From contig JAQGDQ010000437.1 of assembly GCA_030141605.1 (NCBI GenBank), forward strand, positions 62,001 to 126,000: a stretch of DNA of 64,000 bases. The letters run 5' to 3'. The position numbers and the translations under genes are program-made. The stretch comes from Tubiluchus corallicola (lineage: Eukaryota; Animalia; Priapulida). Positions 13,766-56,596 of the stretch are shown one piece after another. Positions within the stretch are counted from its first letter, which is position 1. Each line of letters starts with the position of its first letter. The notes under the pieces are model-generated. The model worked only from the letters and a program-made list of their open reading frames with translations, made no database searches and had not been told where the DNA came from.

Positions 13766-13959
13766 ATAGCTCGAAGTAAATTTATTAAAAAAATCTTTAA
13801 ATAAATTAGAATAGCTGTCTGTTGTGTGGCAATAGAAATGTTCTTTAAGAAATATCATTATTAGCTACAGCCAGTTTAGCCCTGTCTGAGCCTAAGGTTA
13901 ATATTATCCCACTCGAATAACCTTTCTTATCGCGTTCTGAAATTGACAAGCATAGAGTT

Positions 13960-14136
13960 TAACCACGGACATAGATAGTTTGACCATGGACATAGATATT
14001 TTGACCATGGACATAGATGTTTTGACCATGGACATAGATATTTTGACCATGGACATAGATATTTCGACCATGGACATAGATATTTTGACCATGGACATAG
14101 ATATTTTGACCATGGACATAGATATTTTGACCATGG
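13960..14136. repeat. 21-bp minisatellite (ttttgaccatggacatagata), about 8 copies
   Basis: Read directly; explains the spurious MVKISMS ORFs. Confidence 0.95.
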
Positions 14137-14661
14137 TTATGTATCACATATAACGCATGCTTGCTGTTTATTTGCGCTGCGTAAAATCATTATAGCGAGC
14201 AATAGATCGTAATTCCTGCCTGGCCGTGTAAAGCTGGGTTTACTGTTCCAATTTATGCAACCACACCTGGTATAGTTAAGGGGATAGGAGGGTCGTGCCG
14301 TCTCTCAAGGATGAAGATGGCATTTAATAATCTTCCATGCGATGCAGATTTTGGGATGTAATAACCCTGAAGGTCATCTTTTTATTCTGTGCATTATAGG
14401 AGTAAAATTGAGATGTTTATTGTATTCCGTGGGTGATTCTGATCCTATAGGTTAATATAGGCTGCAGCATAAAGCCACTCGAGAGTTGGTAACATTTGGT
14501 AAAAAATCAGTTTTTCAACTATGACTGTGTTGATACGTGTGCTAATTTGGTTTGCAATAAACAGTAAAATAGTGGCTTTTCGTAAAGAATATTTTTATTG
14601 ACAAATAAACAAAAGGTAGCTATACTAGTATATTTAAACAATTTGCAATAAATTTACTCCA

Positions 14662-15078
14662 CTACGGCCAAATCACGTTGAAAACACAGGTTCTCGTAAG
14701 TTAAGCAACGTAGAGCTTGGTTAGTACTTGGATGGGTGACTGCCATGTGTAGAGGAGTAAATCTTCCAAATCAGGAGTGGAGCCCTGAAGGCGGACCAGT
14801 GCAGCATGCTCACTGACTCCGGCAGCTCCTGCAGCCAACCTGGTGCCAAACGTATCGCTCCGCTTTCCTTTGGACTACACCAGGGAGGAAGAGAGGGGGT
14901 TCCTGTTGTCTGGGCAACTCAAGATCTCCATACACCTTGCCCAGGCGTGCGCCCTGGAGACGTTCAAGGATCGCACTGCTCAGCCACAGTCGACGCTGCA
15001 GCTCCATCAATGTGATCAATAACTGACTCTCTTGGTGCACACTCCATTGTCTTCCGAGACAGAAGGATGCCAACCAAC
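14662..15078 (+). mobile_element. 5S rRNA-derived SINE (SINE3-type), internally deleted copy
   Basis: 5S-like head ctacggcc...gggtgac joined to the shared body and (caac)n tail; 16-bp TSD caataaatttactcca. Confidence 0.88.
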
Positions 15079-15304
15079 CAATAAATTTACTCCAAGCTAC
15101 GAAAATGTTCCTAAAATTATCGCGAGTAAGGAGATTCAAGACGGGTGCTGCTGAGTTAGAGGATGGCTCCTTCTTAAGGAGCCTCATAATTTCATTAGCC
15201 TAGGGACCCCAAAAGGTCATAATCCTACCCTAATTATATGTCATGAGTGAAAAACGCTAGTTGTTATATGAACGATCATTTTGGAAATCTTTACTGAGAG
15301 GTGA

Positions 15305-16200
15305 GTTACTGAATGAATGAATGAACCTGCCACTAGACGTTCATTTGAATGACCGAATCCAACAGATGCTGGCACTTAATCCGAATGAACAAATTTAACC
15401 ATTCGTCGGAGGTTGATTTGAGTGAACGAATGAAGCAGTCAGTAGAAGTTCATTTGAGTGAATAAATGAACGACCCACTAGAAGTTCATTTGAATAAATA
15501 AATGAACTGCCTACTTGAAGTTTATTTGAATGGAGAAAAGAATGAGTTACTAAAGATTCTCTTATATGGATTAATTATTCACCAAACGTTTATTTGAAGA
15601 AGAAATGAGCATATTTTTTTGGTTCGTTTGAGTGAACCAAATGAACCACTCACAAGAAGTTCATTTGAGTCGAAAAAAAAACCGTCAGCATTCAAATGGA
15701 GAACCAGCCACTAAAAGTTTATTTGAGTGAATGAATAAACTATTTACTAGCGTTTTGTTGGAACGATGAACCAGTCACTGAAGGTTCATTTGAATTAACG
15801 AATGAACTAGTCACTGAAGGTTCATTTGTATTAACGAATGAACCAGTCACTGAAGGTTCATTTCAGTGAATGAATAAACTAATCACTAGAAGTTCACATA
15901 AGTGATGAATGAACCAGTCACTGGAGGTTCATTTAAATTAACGAATGAACTAGTCACTGAAGGTTCATTTGAATTAACGAATGAACCAATCACTGAAGGT
16001 TCATTTCAGTGAATGAATAAACTAATCACTAGAAGTTCACCTAAGTGATGAATGAACCAGTCACTGGAGGTTCATTTGAATTAATCTGTCAGTGTAGGTT
16101 CATTTAAGTGAAGGAATTAACTAGTTACTAGATGTTCGTTTGAGTGAACGAATGAACCAGTCACTGGAGGTTCATCAGGGTGAACAAGTGAACCAGTTAT
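15305..16200. repeat. About 36-bp hairpin-forming minisatellite
   Basis: Units aatgaacc-agtcactgaa-ggttcatt, decaying toward the 5' end. Confidence 0.85.
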
Positions 16201-16829
16201 TGGGGGTGGCTGCAAATCGGCATAATCTTAGCTCCCGAGTAACTCCATTTGGCAAAGTTTGTTTTTACAGGAATTCGTAGTAAATTAACTTACTTGAAAG
16301 TAACGATGTGTGTATTTTAGCAAGCCTGGATATCTTTACACACACACAGGATGCTAGCTGACAAATTGTCAATATTTGTAATGTTCTCTGCTCATAGTCT
16401 CGGGTTGTTACGCTTCTTGCTCTGCACAGACTTTCTTCCTTTAACTTGGAGTTTTTGCTCGGTGACTGGAATGCGTTCAATTATCATACAATGTGTGGAG
16501 AGGAACTTGTTTGTTTGAGAGAAATTTTTATCACTATCCAAATTCCAGTGAGATGAACAAGAGTTATGAGAACAAAAACCGTTTAAGATGAACCCACTCT
16601 GTTCTATCAGCCCCCACTAGAGTTATTATGTTATCTTTCAGACGTTTATGGTCATGTTATTTGTATTCTGTGTCTTACAGTAATTGTATTTGGTTACTTT
16701 AACGACCATGAGGATGCTATTAAGTGGTAAGAACCTTTGGCATAGAATCGCTAATTATAAAGGCACGTTCAGACCAGCGAGTTTTCTGCTGCACGTTTTC
16801 TCTCTGATAGCAAATTCGCAATTGCAAAC

Positions 16830-17305
16830 TGTTTTTGAGTTACTGTCGACACTTTCCGCAATGAATAGAGAGGTAAGCGGGCAGCTCGTGCTTACTGTTG
16901 GAGAGTAACTCGCAGCAAGCTTTGTTCTCTAGTCTGAACGCGCTTGTGAGTTACGCGGTGAGTTACCCTCGACATTTCTCACAGTTAATAGAGAAGTGAG
17001 AGTCAGCTCGTGCTTAAGTCGGAGAGTAACTCGCAGCAAGTTTTGTTCTCTAGTCTGAACACACTTGTGAGTTACTCGGTGAGTTAATCTCGACATTTCT
17101 CACAGTTAATAGAGAAGTGAGAGTCAGCTCATGCTTGCGTCGGAGAGTAATTCGCAGCAAGTTTTGCTCTCTAGTCTGAACACACTTGTCACTTACTCTG
17201 TGAGTTACCCTCAACATTCCTCACAGTTAATAGAGAAGTGAGTATCAACTCATGCTTACTGTTAGAGAGTAACTCGCAGCAAGCTTTGCTCTCTAGTGTG
17301 AACGT
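16830..17305. repeat. 121-bp tandem repeat, about 4 copies
   Basis: ttaatagagaagtgag at about 16985, 17106 and 17227. Confidence 0.9.
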
Positions 17306-17889
17306 GTGTCGTTAGACATAAGTGATAAATTTTTACTGCTGCGTTTTCCTCATGATATCATAATTACTTGCATGTTTGTTTAAAATTTTACGCAAGTGTT
17401 AATTAATAAAATTCTATTTTTGCATATGTGGACTTTAAATCTATTTTATAAACTCTTATTTCGTACATCTATTTTTTTTACGTACATGATATTTTATTTT
17501 GTTTTTGCTGTTACATCTTTTTTGTTTGAAAGTAACTCAAATATCTTTTCACCACACGGGTCAATTTAATATCTTCAAATATTTTGCTGAAGTCAAATGC
17601 ATGTGCAATTTTTCTCATAATGTTTGAAGATGGTTTGCAATCCTTTCTTCATCTTTTTTACTTTGTTTGTGCGCACACACTTGATGCGATTCCAAGCTCT
17701 ATGAAGGAGCGGCGTTTTTCAAGTGTTTGTCAAAGCTCAGTTGAAGTATGCCAGAAGGGAGTGATGTCAGCAAATTGGTCTCTTGGGAAAGTTATTTTGC
17801 AGAGATATTTGTTTCCAGTGAAGTTTGTTCGTAGATATCTTCTCAGTTATGAAGTCAAGAGAACATATGTCTGAGTGTTTATGTAGTTG

Positions 17890-19300
17890 GCGAAATCAAC
17901 TGACGATGTTATTGTCATTGTTTAGCTCGTGACGTCAGCTGAAGACATCACTGTCATCGTCTAACTGCTGACGTCAACTGAAGATATCACTGTCATCGTC
18001 TAACTGTTGACGTCAACTGAAGATATCATTGTCATTATCTGGTTTGTAAAGTCAACTGACGTTGTCATTGTCATTGTCCAGCTTGTGAAGTTAGTTGAAT
18101 ATACCATTGTCATTCTGTAGCTTGTGAAGTCAACTGAGGATAATAATTGTTATTGTCCAGCTCGTGAAGTCAACTGAAGATAATAACTGTCATTGTCTAG
18201 CTCACGAAGTCAACTGAAGATAATAACTGTCATTGTCTAGCTCACGAAGTCAACTGAAGATAGTAACTGTCATTGTCTAGCTCACGAAGTCAACTGAAGA
18301 TAATAACTGTCATTGTCTAGCTCACGAAGTCAACTGAAGATAATAACTGTCATTGTCTAGCTCACGAAGTCAACTGAAGATATCATTGTGATCGTCTAAC
18401 TCTTGACGTCAAATGAAGATATGACTGTCCTTGTCTAGTTTATGAAGTCAACTGATTATCATCGTCATTGTCCAGCTCGTGAAGTCAACTGAAGCTATAA
18501 CTGTCATTGTTTTGCTCGTGAAGTCAACTGAAGATAATAATTGTTATTGTCCAGCTCGTGAAGTCAACTGAAGATAATAATTGTTATTGTTTTGCTCGTG
18601 AAGTCAGCTGAAGATAATAACTGTCATTGTCTAGCTCACGAACTCATCTGAAAATATCATTGTGATCGTCTAACTCTTGACGTCAAATGAAGAAATGACT
18701 GTCCTTGTCTAGTTTATGAAATCAACTGATGATATCATCGTCATTGTCCAGCTTGTGAAGTCAACTGAAGCTATAACTGTCATTGTTTTGCTCGTGAAGT
18801 CAACTGAAGATAATAATTGTTATTGTCCAGCTTGTGAAGTAAACTGAAGATATCACTGTCATTGTCTAACTTGTGAAGTCAACTGAAGCTATAACTGTCA
18901 TTGTTTTGCTCGTGAAGTCAACTGAAGCTATCACAGTCATTGTGTAGCTGATGAACTCATCTGAATATATCATTGTCATCGTCTAACTGATGACGTCAAT
19001 TGAACATATCATTGTCATTATCTAGCTTGTAAAGTCAACTGATGATATTATTGTCATTGTGTAGCTTCTGAAGTCAACTGAGGATATCACTGTCATTGTC
19101 TAACTGGTGAAGTCAACTGAAGATATCACTGTCATCGTCTAACTGTTGACGTCAACTGAAGATATCATTGTCATCGTCTAACTGTTGACGTCAAATGAAG
19201 ATATGACTGTCCTTGTCTAGTTTATGAAGTCAACTGATGATATCATTGTCATTGTCTAATTGGGGAAGTCAACAGCAGATATCAGTGTCTTTGTCTAATT
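17890..19300. repeat. 40-bp minisatellite, about 35 copies
   Basis: gaagtcaactgaagataataactgtcattgtctagctcac; exact 40-bp period over 18171-18371. Confidence 0.95.
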
Positions 19301-19847
19301 TCTGGTGTTGGAGATAATTTGTAAAGTCAGACAAAGGTCATTAATGCTGACTGTAGTCAACTGAATATCTCTACTTTATTTAGAGATAAATCATTGTTTA
19401 GTAATTGATGAGTACTGTTATGAAGTCATATCGTACTGATTGGCCCAGACGGCGCCACTTTCGAATATGGATGGGTGAGTCTTATTCACAATTTCAACTT
19501 GTATTGCAATAACTATCCAGATAAGGTTATTATTATTGAACGTTTCTCTTCTTGCACCTTCATTAACAAATTACCATCTGTTACGAATTACCATGGGGTT
19601 GTTTGTGAGTAGCTATTTATTTAAAGTAATTCTCGCTAGACCTCAACTACACATATACACACTCATGATCAGCAACTAGGTGCAGTGTTTAGGTGTAGTG
19701 TTACAAGTGGACACTTGGTGGCGGTGTGATCGTGTCAAATGAATTTAAGAAAATGTGGCGTAGCGCTTTCTTGAGATACATCAGAGCCGAGGCTCCATTC
19801 TCTACACTCGTCCAAAGGGACTTTTCACTTATTTATAACTTATCAAT

Positions 19848-20450
<603 letters not shown>

Positions 20451-21244
20451 TGCAAAAGTATGATAGTATTGGCAATGTTTCCTGTGCTCATTGAAGTTGT
20501 TGTTGTCGTTATTGTTGTGGTTGTTCTTTGTTGGTTGAAAGTTGGCAGTGAAAGCATACTGTATTGCTTATGACGTAACATACTAGAAATTGTGCTTACA
20601 ACATTATCTCTATTTACTCAGGATACGTTGTTACTTCTACAACAATGTATATTGACATCAAACATGAAAACATTTTATTAGTGGTCATAATAGTCCGCGA
20701 CCTGACCCACGGTAACAGTTGTTTACCTTTGTCGGCTGACCCCAGTGTTTGTAAACAAGCGAAGCAATTGACTCTTTATCTCAACACTTTCTCTGTCAGT
20801 TTTTGTTTGTCCACGTGACATGTGTAAACAGTCTCATTGTTTCTGTGGATAACAGCTGTTATGCAGTAAATGTGTGATGAAAGTGCATGCGAGCGTTCGA
20901 CATTCAGAGTAGCCACTGGTCACTAGTGGTCAGTGGTCATTTTGCAGAGTAGTTGCTGCTTCATGGCATTCGTTTAGAATTTCTTGGCATATTATTTTGA
21001 TGTAATTAATTTCGAGAGGATCGTGGATCAGACGTGGATTTTATTGTGGATCATTTGATTGTGGATGACATGCGAGTGTGTTTAGTGCTTAAATACAGTA
21101 AGCTTTAGCAACTCCTGGAAGCCGTTATGATAGGCCTACCATCTTTGTTTGGTGAGACAGTTGTGTAATCTGAACAGGTACCAGTCTTTCTCGAACACGT
21201 TCTGCAGTTTGTCCGTCTGTCTGTTTATCTGAGCTGTAATAACT

Positions 21245-49471
<28,227 letters not shown>

Positions 49472-50433
49472 CAGCGGACATCTGTGTTTCCATTCTGTTA
49501 CATTTACTTTCATTTTTGTGCTAGGAAAATGCCTGGAAATAATTGTCCCTTCTGTATAAGAGAAATGCAAGCTTTTAGCAGAAAACCGACAAAAGCAGGG
49601 ATGAGAATTCCGAGTTTTTGGAAGACCAGTAGTGCCATTTTTGTAAATCGCATAAATTCGTTGAGAACATTTTTACGGACCCAGTACATTACGTCACAAA
49701 CTGACCACTAGTTGGCAGGCCGTCACTTTGTTTACATCACGTACATCAGTGTAACCACGTGTATATCTCTATGTATAAAAATATAGAATCAATTGTGCGG
49801 AGTTATTTGAGTCAATTGCAGACAGTTTTTATATACTTTTGCATAGGAGCGGCCAGTACTTAGGCGTTTTTGAGACAATTAGGTATCCACTTTCACTTTT
49901 TGTTAACTACCTTGGCATTAATTGAATCAGTGGATTAATTGAGTCAAATACTTTCATTCCAAAGTGAGTCTATTAAGTGGCACCTGCTGTATCTATACTA
50001 TTCGAATGTTAACTCTGTGCCAAAGAAAGTGAGGACTTTTGTTATTATGATATCCGATTAACGAGTCTTTTAATATATTTATATCAAATGTGTTATACGG
50101 TTATATTACGATTAAATATTGTACATTGTATTGATTTTAGCTATATGTTAGTAATGTTAGAGATACGATTTTCTTTACATTCTATGATGTTATACGAATT
50201 GTATCATATCTTGTTGCAACCAGTACTTTTCCAATTGTTTGTACGTAGATAATTACATACATATTACGTACCAAAATAATGTATGCACGAGTTTTAAACC
50301 AGGTCTAATTATTTTTATTTAATAATCAGTTTTATGCCTTATCTTATAGTAATACGAAGCTGCAGGAAGTGGAGAAATTTTGTTTGTTGTTCAAGCGAAG
50401 CTACGAAGCCATTTTTTTTAGTGGAAAATTCAC

Positions 50434-50439
50434 AATAAA
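50434..50439 (+). promoter_or_regulatory. Candidate polyadenylation signal for the HSPA12-like gene
   Basis: AATAAA about 960 nt after the stop codon, at the end of a repeat-free AT-rich stretch. Confidence 0.3.
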
Positions 50440-50604
50440 TGAAGCTCATCGCTTTTACTGTTATTTGTTCATCGCTTTGAAATTTCTCGTAAATCAGAAT
50501 AATACAGTAGCAGTTTGGAAACTTGTAGGCCTACACGTTCTGTTTCCCACCAGTACACGTTCTCAGTCTGTTTCACTGTATATGTAATATTTTGCTTAAA
50601 ATGT

Positions 50605-50976
50605 GTGGTGAGCATCGAACGTTCGAATTTGATTCGAACGAGTTTTTTTAGTTCGAATCCAAAACTATAGATTCGAATAATTCAGCACTTCAATCACACA
50701 TGTTCTTTATCACTAAAACGATTGAAACATCATGCAATTAGCATAATTTAGCTGTGATTTCTGCACACAGTTTTAAAGAAATTACAAGTCGTTTTATTGC
50801 AGAACAAAATCTAGTGATATGCATGATCTTTGTAAGAGTAATTTTTACTGATGGCTCGAAAATCTTTCAATCTCAATTCGAATTCGAAACACTGAAGTTC
50901 GGTTCGAATTCGAATTGGAAAGTCACAAATTCGGTTCGATTCGAATTCGCTTTCTGGTAGAGAATGCTCAACCTAG
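50605..50976 (+). mobile_element. hAT MITE (CGAATTCG family)
   Basis: ggtgagcatcgaacg...gaatgctcaaccta; homologous to 11322-11692. Confidence 0.8.
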
Positions 50977-51024
50977 CAGCTATCGTTCTTGTTGTAAAAT
51001 GTAAAAAGTATTTCCCTGATTTAA

Positions 51025-51798
51025 AGGAAAGCAGTATCATTTTTTTATCGTACCCCATTTTGATTGTACAATCAAACCTCAATATAATGCCCCACTTTAC
51101 AATATTGACAACGGTCAAATTTTTAGCAAACCAAATCTCTATATTTGCACAGTCGTGTATGTATTAATGCAGCCCGTCATAATTCCAAACGCGCTTATGC
51201 CAACTTTTTTGCAGTCCTAAAGTAGACGGTATCGTGGTTTGACTGCTACATCTATATTAATGCATACATGTATTCATATCATAAGTATTTTGGATAATTA
51301 TATAATAGGTTAAAAATTTAATTAATGACAAGTGAGCCCAGTTTGTGATGACATCACAACTGAACATAACAGCACAAACATTCCACGAGCGTGTTGCACG
51401 TGTTTGCAAAAGCGAAAATTGAAATACAGTGCTACTGTAAGATATTCAGTGCAATACATAATAACCTGGCAAATTTCAAGTTTTCAATTTTATTGCTGTG
51501 CTCATGTACGTGTTCTCTAACTTGTGCACGACATCACAACTGAACCACATCTGAACTTAAAGGTACAGCACCCATTTTTGTGCAGTGCATTTGTGAGATG
51601 GAGGCACTTGTGCCAATCTAACTAACGAATGGCGAAATGCATGTAACAGCAAAGAACTAGTGCCGCGAACGTGAAATTACGTTTTTGTGGTGATAATTCT
51701 TTCAAGTAAAGCAGTGTTAAAAAACAATGTGTTGCTTTTCAGTATTTTATGGATTAGGTTGCTTTAAGCTACAGTATGAGAATGTGTTAGCTTTTCCT
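51025..51798. mobile_element. Kolobok-like non-autonomous element
   Basis: TTAA|AGGAAAGC...GCTTTTCCT|TTAA; interior shared with 3172-3775. Confidence 0.7.
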
Positions 51799-52499
51799 TT
51801 AAAAATGTAGTCTGTTATGATTACTTGTCGTGGTGACTTTTGCGACGACAGTAAAACAAAAACGAGAACTTTTTCTTCTGTCAAAACACTAAATTTATTC
51901 TTTTTTCGAAAGCGCAGTAACGTACTATTTTAACGAGGTTAACTCCTCGAACCAGTTCCTACAGCTATACGTAAATTAATTCACAATGGCTTCTTTACGG
52001 TGGGTGAATCGTGAAGCCCAAACTTTCTAAATACATAAATTTTAAATTCACCTTTGAAAATACATAAATTTGTCTTAATTCTGGAAAAATTGGTAAAATG
52101 CACATTGAAATGATTGCAGCTTTTGCCAATTCACACAGAAATTTTCACCAATATTGTGTCTATTTGGTTACATCTTGTCTAGTCTTGGAAAAATGCAAAA
52201 AAGTTTATTTCTGATATATTCATGTCAAAGACACAAGCTACAATTCACTCAATTCTATGTGGCAAACATTTATTTAAGACATTTTTAGTATAAGTACTAC
52301 TATCACAGATTGTATAGATTACCCTTGAATATACATCAATAATAAAATGTTAACATAATTATTTCATTGTCTTCACTTCATAAATTAGCAATAATACAGG
52401 GTGGTCATACACACTAATTTATTGATTGCCTACTTGCTACAGCCTACTAAACCATCAGCTGTACAGACTTCTGGGACAAGCCAACCAATCAGTCAAGCA

Positions 52500-52655
52500 T
52501 AAATTAAGGTCGTTTCATCTTCTAAAAGGCATATCTTCTCAAAAACACAGTAGACATAGTAGACTTGAGGCCATAGTGTATCAGAGTGTTGTGTCTGGAT
52601 AGTTGACATTTTCTACATTAGCCGATTTCACACAAGTGATACTGTACATTGTTAC
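52500..52655. repeat. Dispersed repeat shared with about 31790-31945
   Basis: aaattaaggtcgtttcatct...acacaagtgatactg in both places. Confidence 0.65.
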
Positions 52656-53929
52656 AGTGGAAAAGCTGCAGTTACTGAAAGATTTTTTTAATTTTTTCAA
52701 TCGATTTTTAATATGTCTAAAGTAAGCAAATGCATTTCATGTATAATTTTACATTAAAATCCATTGTGTGAGGAGTAGAAACCTACAGAAACTGTCGAAT
52801 ATAATGTAATCGCTGCTTAGTGAGAGCAGTTTTTCATCGCGTAACTCAAACCTAATTTCCGGTACAATTTGTAAGAATCTAATTGAAATTGCCCTGCCTA
52901 TCTCGAACAACCTTCCTAGCGAGAAATCCTATGCGAAAGTGTGCACCATTTTATGATTTTAACTGCTAGTTTCAGGAAAAATGCTAAGATTTCTTGTATT
53001 ACCTTGGTAGAACGCCAAACACAACATGGCTTAACGAACGTAGTTTAATGTGGATCACAATATTATCGTCAAATTCTATTAACCACGCTGCTCAAACTAC
53101 ACTAGAGGTGAACCAGTCATACTGTTTTTGATTATTCATAAAAACTGATGTTTGACATTTGATGAAAAGCTCAGCTTGTCATTTTCACAGGCGGAAGTGT
53201 CACTAGTGTATTGTCAGATGTTGATGAGCAATTCAATCACGTTTTCTTACGAACATCGTCTAACTTGTACCCCCACAAAACTCGAACAAATTTCCCGATC
53301 CCAAGCAGTTCGAATTTCACATAATTTACTGTAATTAAAAATACTTTAAATATATGAAGAATTTCAAAAAGTTTCAAAAAGTTTTTTTTTTGCTTTGCTG
53401 CTGTACCTTCAGGATGCAATAGCATTTTTATATTCCACTGTTTTGAAAGTGAAATTTTGTTCTTTCAAAAGTCCTGAGGCAATTTTATTGTCACAAGTGA
53501 ACCGATTACTCGAAACATTCACATTTTTTGCAAACTGTACACATTATGTAACCTGTTTCCAGTTTTCGGAAGTTTTTCAGACGAAAGAAACGAGACTTTG
53601 CTCTAAAACTAAGTACATCACACAGCAAAAATCACAGACGACAGCTATAAAATGCAAGACGTCACAGGAAATGTTTCTCCATACCTGTAAAAAAGGTTCG
53701 ATTAGAATGAAAAGGTAAGTTTCACCTTAAACTGTTTTGAATCATGTTATACAATAAAGAAAATGTCACCATTGATAAAATGACACGTGAAGTCAAATTG
53801 CACAGTTTAATGTTAGTTGTAAAAGAATAGGCGTAAGCTGATACTATAAAAGTTTACAACATCTACTTTCAGATATTTTTAAGAGGCGACAAGGGTTTGA
53901 ACAATATTGTGGTACAAAATCTAGTGAGA

Positions 53930-54181
<252 letters not shown>

Positions 54182-54635
54182 ATAATTTCAAGTGGTTCAC
54201 TGTAATTTTATGATTACTTTACCTCAATCGTATTCTGGAATATCATCAAACGAAAATCCCTCATAACCTTGATAGGCATAGTAGGCAATTCTTACGTGGT
54301 AAAAACCGGGCAGAAACAGAACGGATCCCAGTATCAACACGGGCCAAGTTCTATCACCGTACTAAAAAAAATAAAAAAATTGTCACAGAGATTTTTATTA
54401 ACAATTAAATGTACAATGGCCATTGTAAGGTAGGATGGTAAACTTTTTAACCCGAGTTACTGCCATTAAACAATATACATAATATCAAGTGCAAAACATA
54501 GCTGAGTGGTCACGGTGAATGCTTAGTAACAGAAACTAGGCAACGCCGACTAAACGGTTACTGCAGTAATCAGCTAAATTAATTACTCCTCCCACACGAA
54601 TCCAAAAAGCTATTGTAGTTTTCAATATTTTAGAG

Positions 54636-54957
54636 CAGTGGTTCCCAAAATAGGGGTAAATTACCCCCCGGGGGTAATATGGTTTTTTGGGGGGTAACGG
54701 GCACCCCTCCGAAAATTTTTAAAACTTCGCTCGGAATGCATTTTACGTAGTTTTCTTCTTGAAGAGACTGCCTACAACAACAACACCTGGAAATTTATTT
54801 ATGTCACGAGCAAACATAAATAATTTTGCTTGCTTGTGGCATATACGTGTGTTTACTTTTTGAGTTGGAGAAGTAGTACTAGGTGGGGGGGGGGGGTAAT
54901 GGACACGACCGGGTTTCCCGATTTGGGTAGCGGTCCGAGAAAGTTTGGAAACCACTG
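54636..54957. mobile_element. hAT-Charlie-like MITE
   Basis: TIR cagtggttcccaaa/tttggaaaccactg; perfect 8-bp TSD ttttagag. Confidence 0.88.
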
Positions 54958-55178
54958 TTTTAGAGCATTCTTTATTTCACACCGAAGCATCTGCCATACT
55001 TACTTTTGCATCAATGTAACCCGTGAGAAGTAAGGCACCGATGATGATGAGAATACAACCCATTAAAAACAAAATAACTGCAAGAGTTATGGCTTTGTAC
55101 GGGATCCTGGATGGTGGCTTCTCATACTGTAATAGAAATGTAAATTAGCTAAATGAATGGGATAGAAGCCGTCCAAAA

Positions 55179-55727
55179 TTGTTGGTTGGCATCCTTCTGT
55201 CTTGGAAGACAATGGAGTGTGCCCCAAGAGAGTCAGTTATTGATCATATTGATGGAGCTGCAGTGTCGACTGTGGCTGAGCAACCCGATCCTTGAACGTC
55301 TCCAGGGCGCACGCCTGGGCAAGGTGTATGGAGATCCTGAGTTGCCCAGACAGCAGGAACCCCCTCTCTTCCTCCCTGGCGTAGTCCAAAGGAAAGCAGA
55401 GCGATACGTTTGGCACCAGGTTGGCTGCAGGAGCTGCCGGAGTCAGTGAGCATGCTGCACTGGTCCGCCTTCGGGGCTCCACTCCTGATTTGCAAGGTTT
55501 ACTCCTCTACACATGGCCGTTGGGTCACTTGACCTCCTCCGCCCTCTAGCCATTGGTTGCTTGTGCAGCTTCTCCGCCTAGTGTCGAGATACAGCGTGAG
55601 CATCCCGCAAGCCTACGGCACCTGGTATTCCTAGGCGGTCACCCATCCAAGTACTAACCAGACTCTATGTTGCTTAACTTCGGTGATCAGACGAGAACCG
55701 GTGTTTTCAACGTGATATGGCCATAGT
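55179..55727 (-). mobile_element. 5S rRNA-derived SINE, full-length copy
   Basis: Reverse complement of 34281-34823; 5S head at 55609-55727 is the best preserved of the copies. Confidence 0.88.
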
Positions 55728-55904
55728 TACGTACTGTATTGTGATGATTAAATGTTAGGCCAAAACACTAAACGGCTCAACCAGAGTCTGCCATTAGAAC
55801 CAACTAACTTTTATTGTTCCGCATCATAATGTAGGTCTTCAGTATTTCACGCACACCATCTTGTACTTATATTTGTTTTGTCTGGTACTTTGTGACTAAT
55901 GACC

Positions 55905-56596
55905 ATACAGGTGTCCAGAGAGTCACTAGATTAAGTTTAAAATTTAAAATTCAATGTCACACAGGTGTCCAGAGAGTCACTAGATTAAGTTTAAAATTCA
56001 AATTTCAATGTCATACAGGTGTCCAGAGAGTCACTAGATTAAGTTTAAAATTCAAATTTCAATGTCATACAGGTGTCCAGAAAGTCACTAGATTAAGTTT
56101 AAAATTCAAATTTCAATGTCACACAGGTGTCCAGAGAGTCACTAGATTAAGTTTAAAATTCAAATTTCAATGTCATACAGGTGTCCAGAGAGTCACTAGA
56201 TTAAGTTTAAAATTTAAAATTCAATGTCACACAGGTGTCCAGAGAGTCACTAGATTAAGTTTAAAATTTAAATTTCAATGTCATACAGGTGTCCAGAGAG
56301 TCACTAGATTAAGTTTAAAATTCAAATTTCAATGTCATACAGGTGTCCAGAAAGTCACTAGATTAAGTTTAAAATTCAAATTTCAATGTCATACAGGTGT
56401 CCAGAGAGTCACTAGATTAAGTTTAAAATTCAAATTTCAATGTCATACAGGTGTCCAGAGAGTCACTAGATTAAGTTTAAAATTTAAAATTCAATGTCAT
56501 ACAGGTGTCCAGAGAGTCACTAGATTAAGTTTAAAATTTAAAATTCAATGTCATACAGGTGTCCAGAGAGTCACTAGATTAAGTTTAAAATTTAAA
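55905..56596. repeat. 54-bp minisatellite, about 13 copies
   Basis: catacaggtgtccagagagtcactagattaagtttaaaattcaaatttcaatgt; explains the 244-aa ORF. Confidence 0.95.

Noticed and set aside
14806-15187. Recurrent ORFs such as MLTDSGSSCSQPG as a small gene family
   Set aside because: Chance translations of the SINE body; frames and stops are not conserved between copies.
17890-19300. CRISPR-like regular repeats (also 15305-16200 and 55905-56596)
   Set aside because: Head-to-tail units with no unique spacers, no cas genes, and a eukaryotic context.
55609-55727. Functional 5S rRNA gene
   Set aside because: Diverged, lacks an oligo-T terminator and is fused to the same SINE body in each headed copy; two copies have TSDs.
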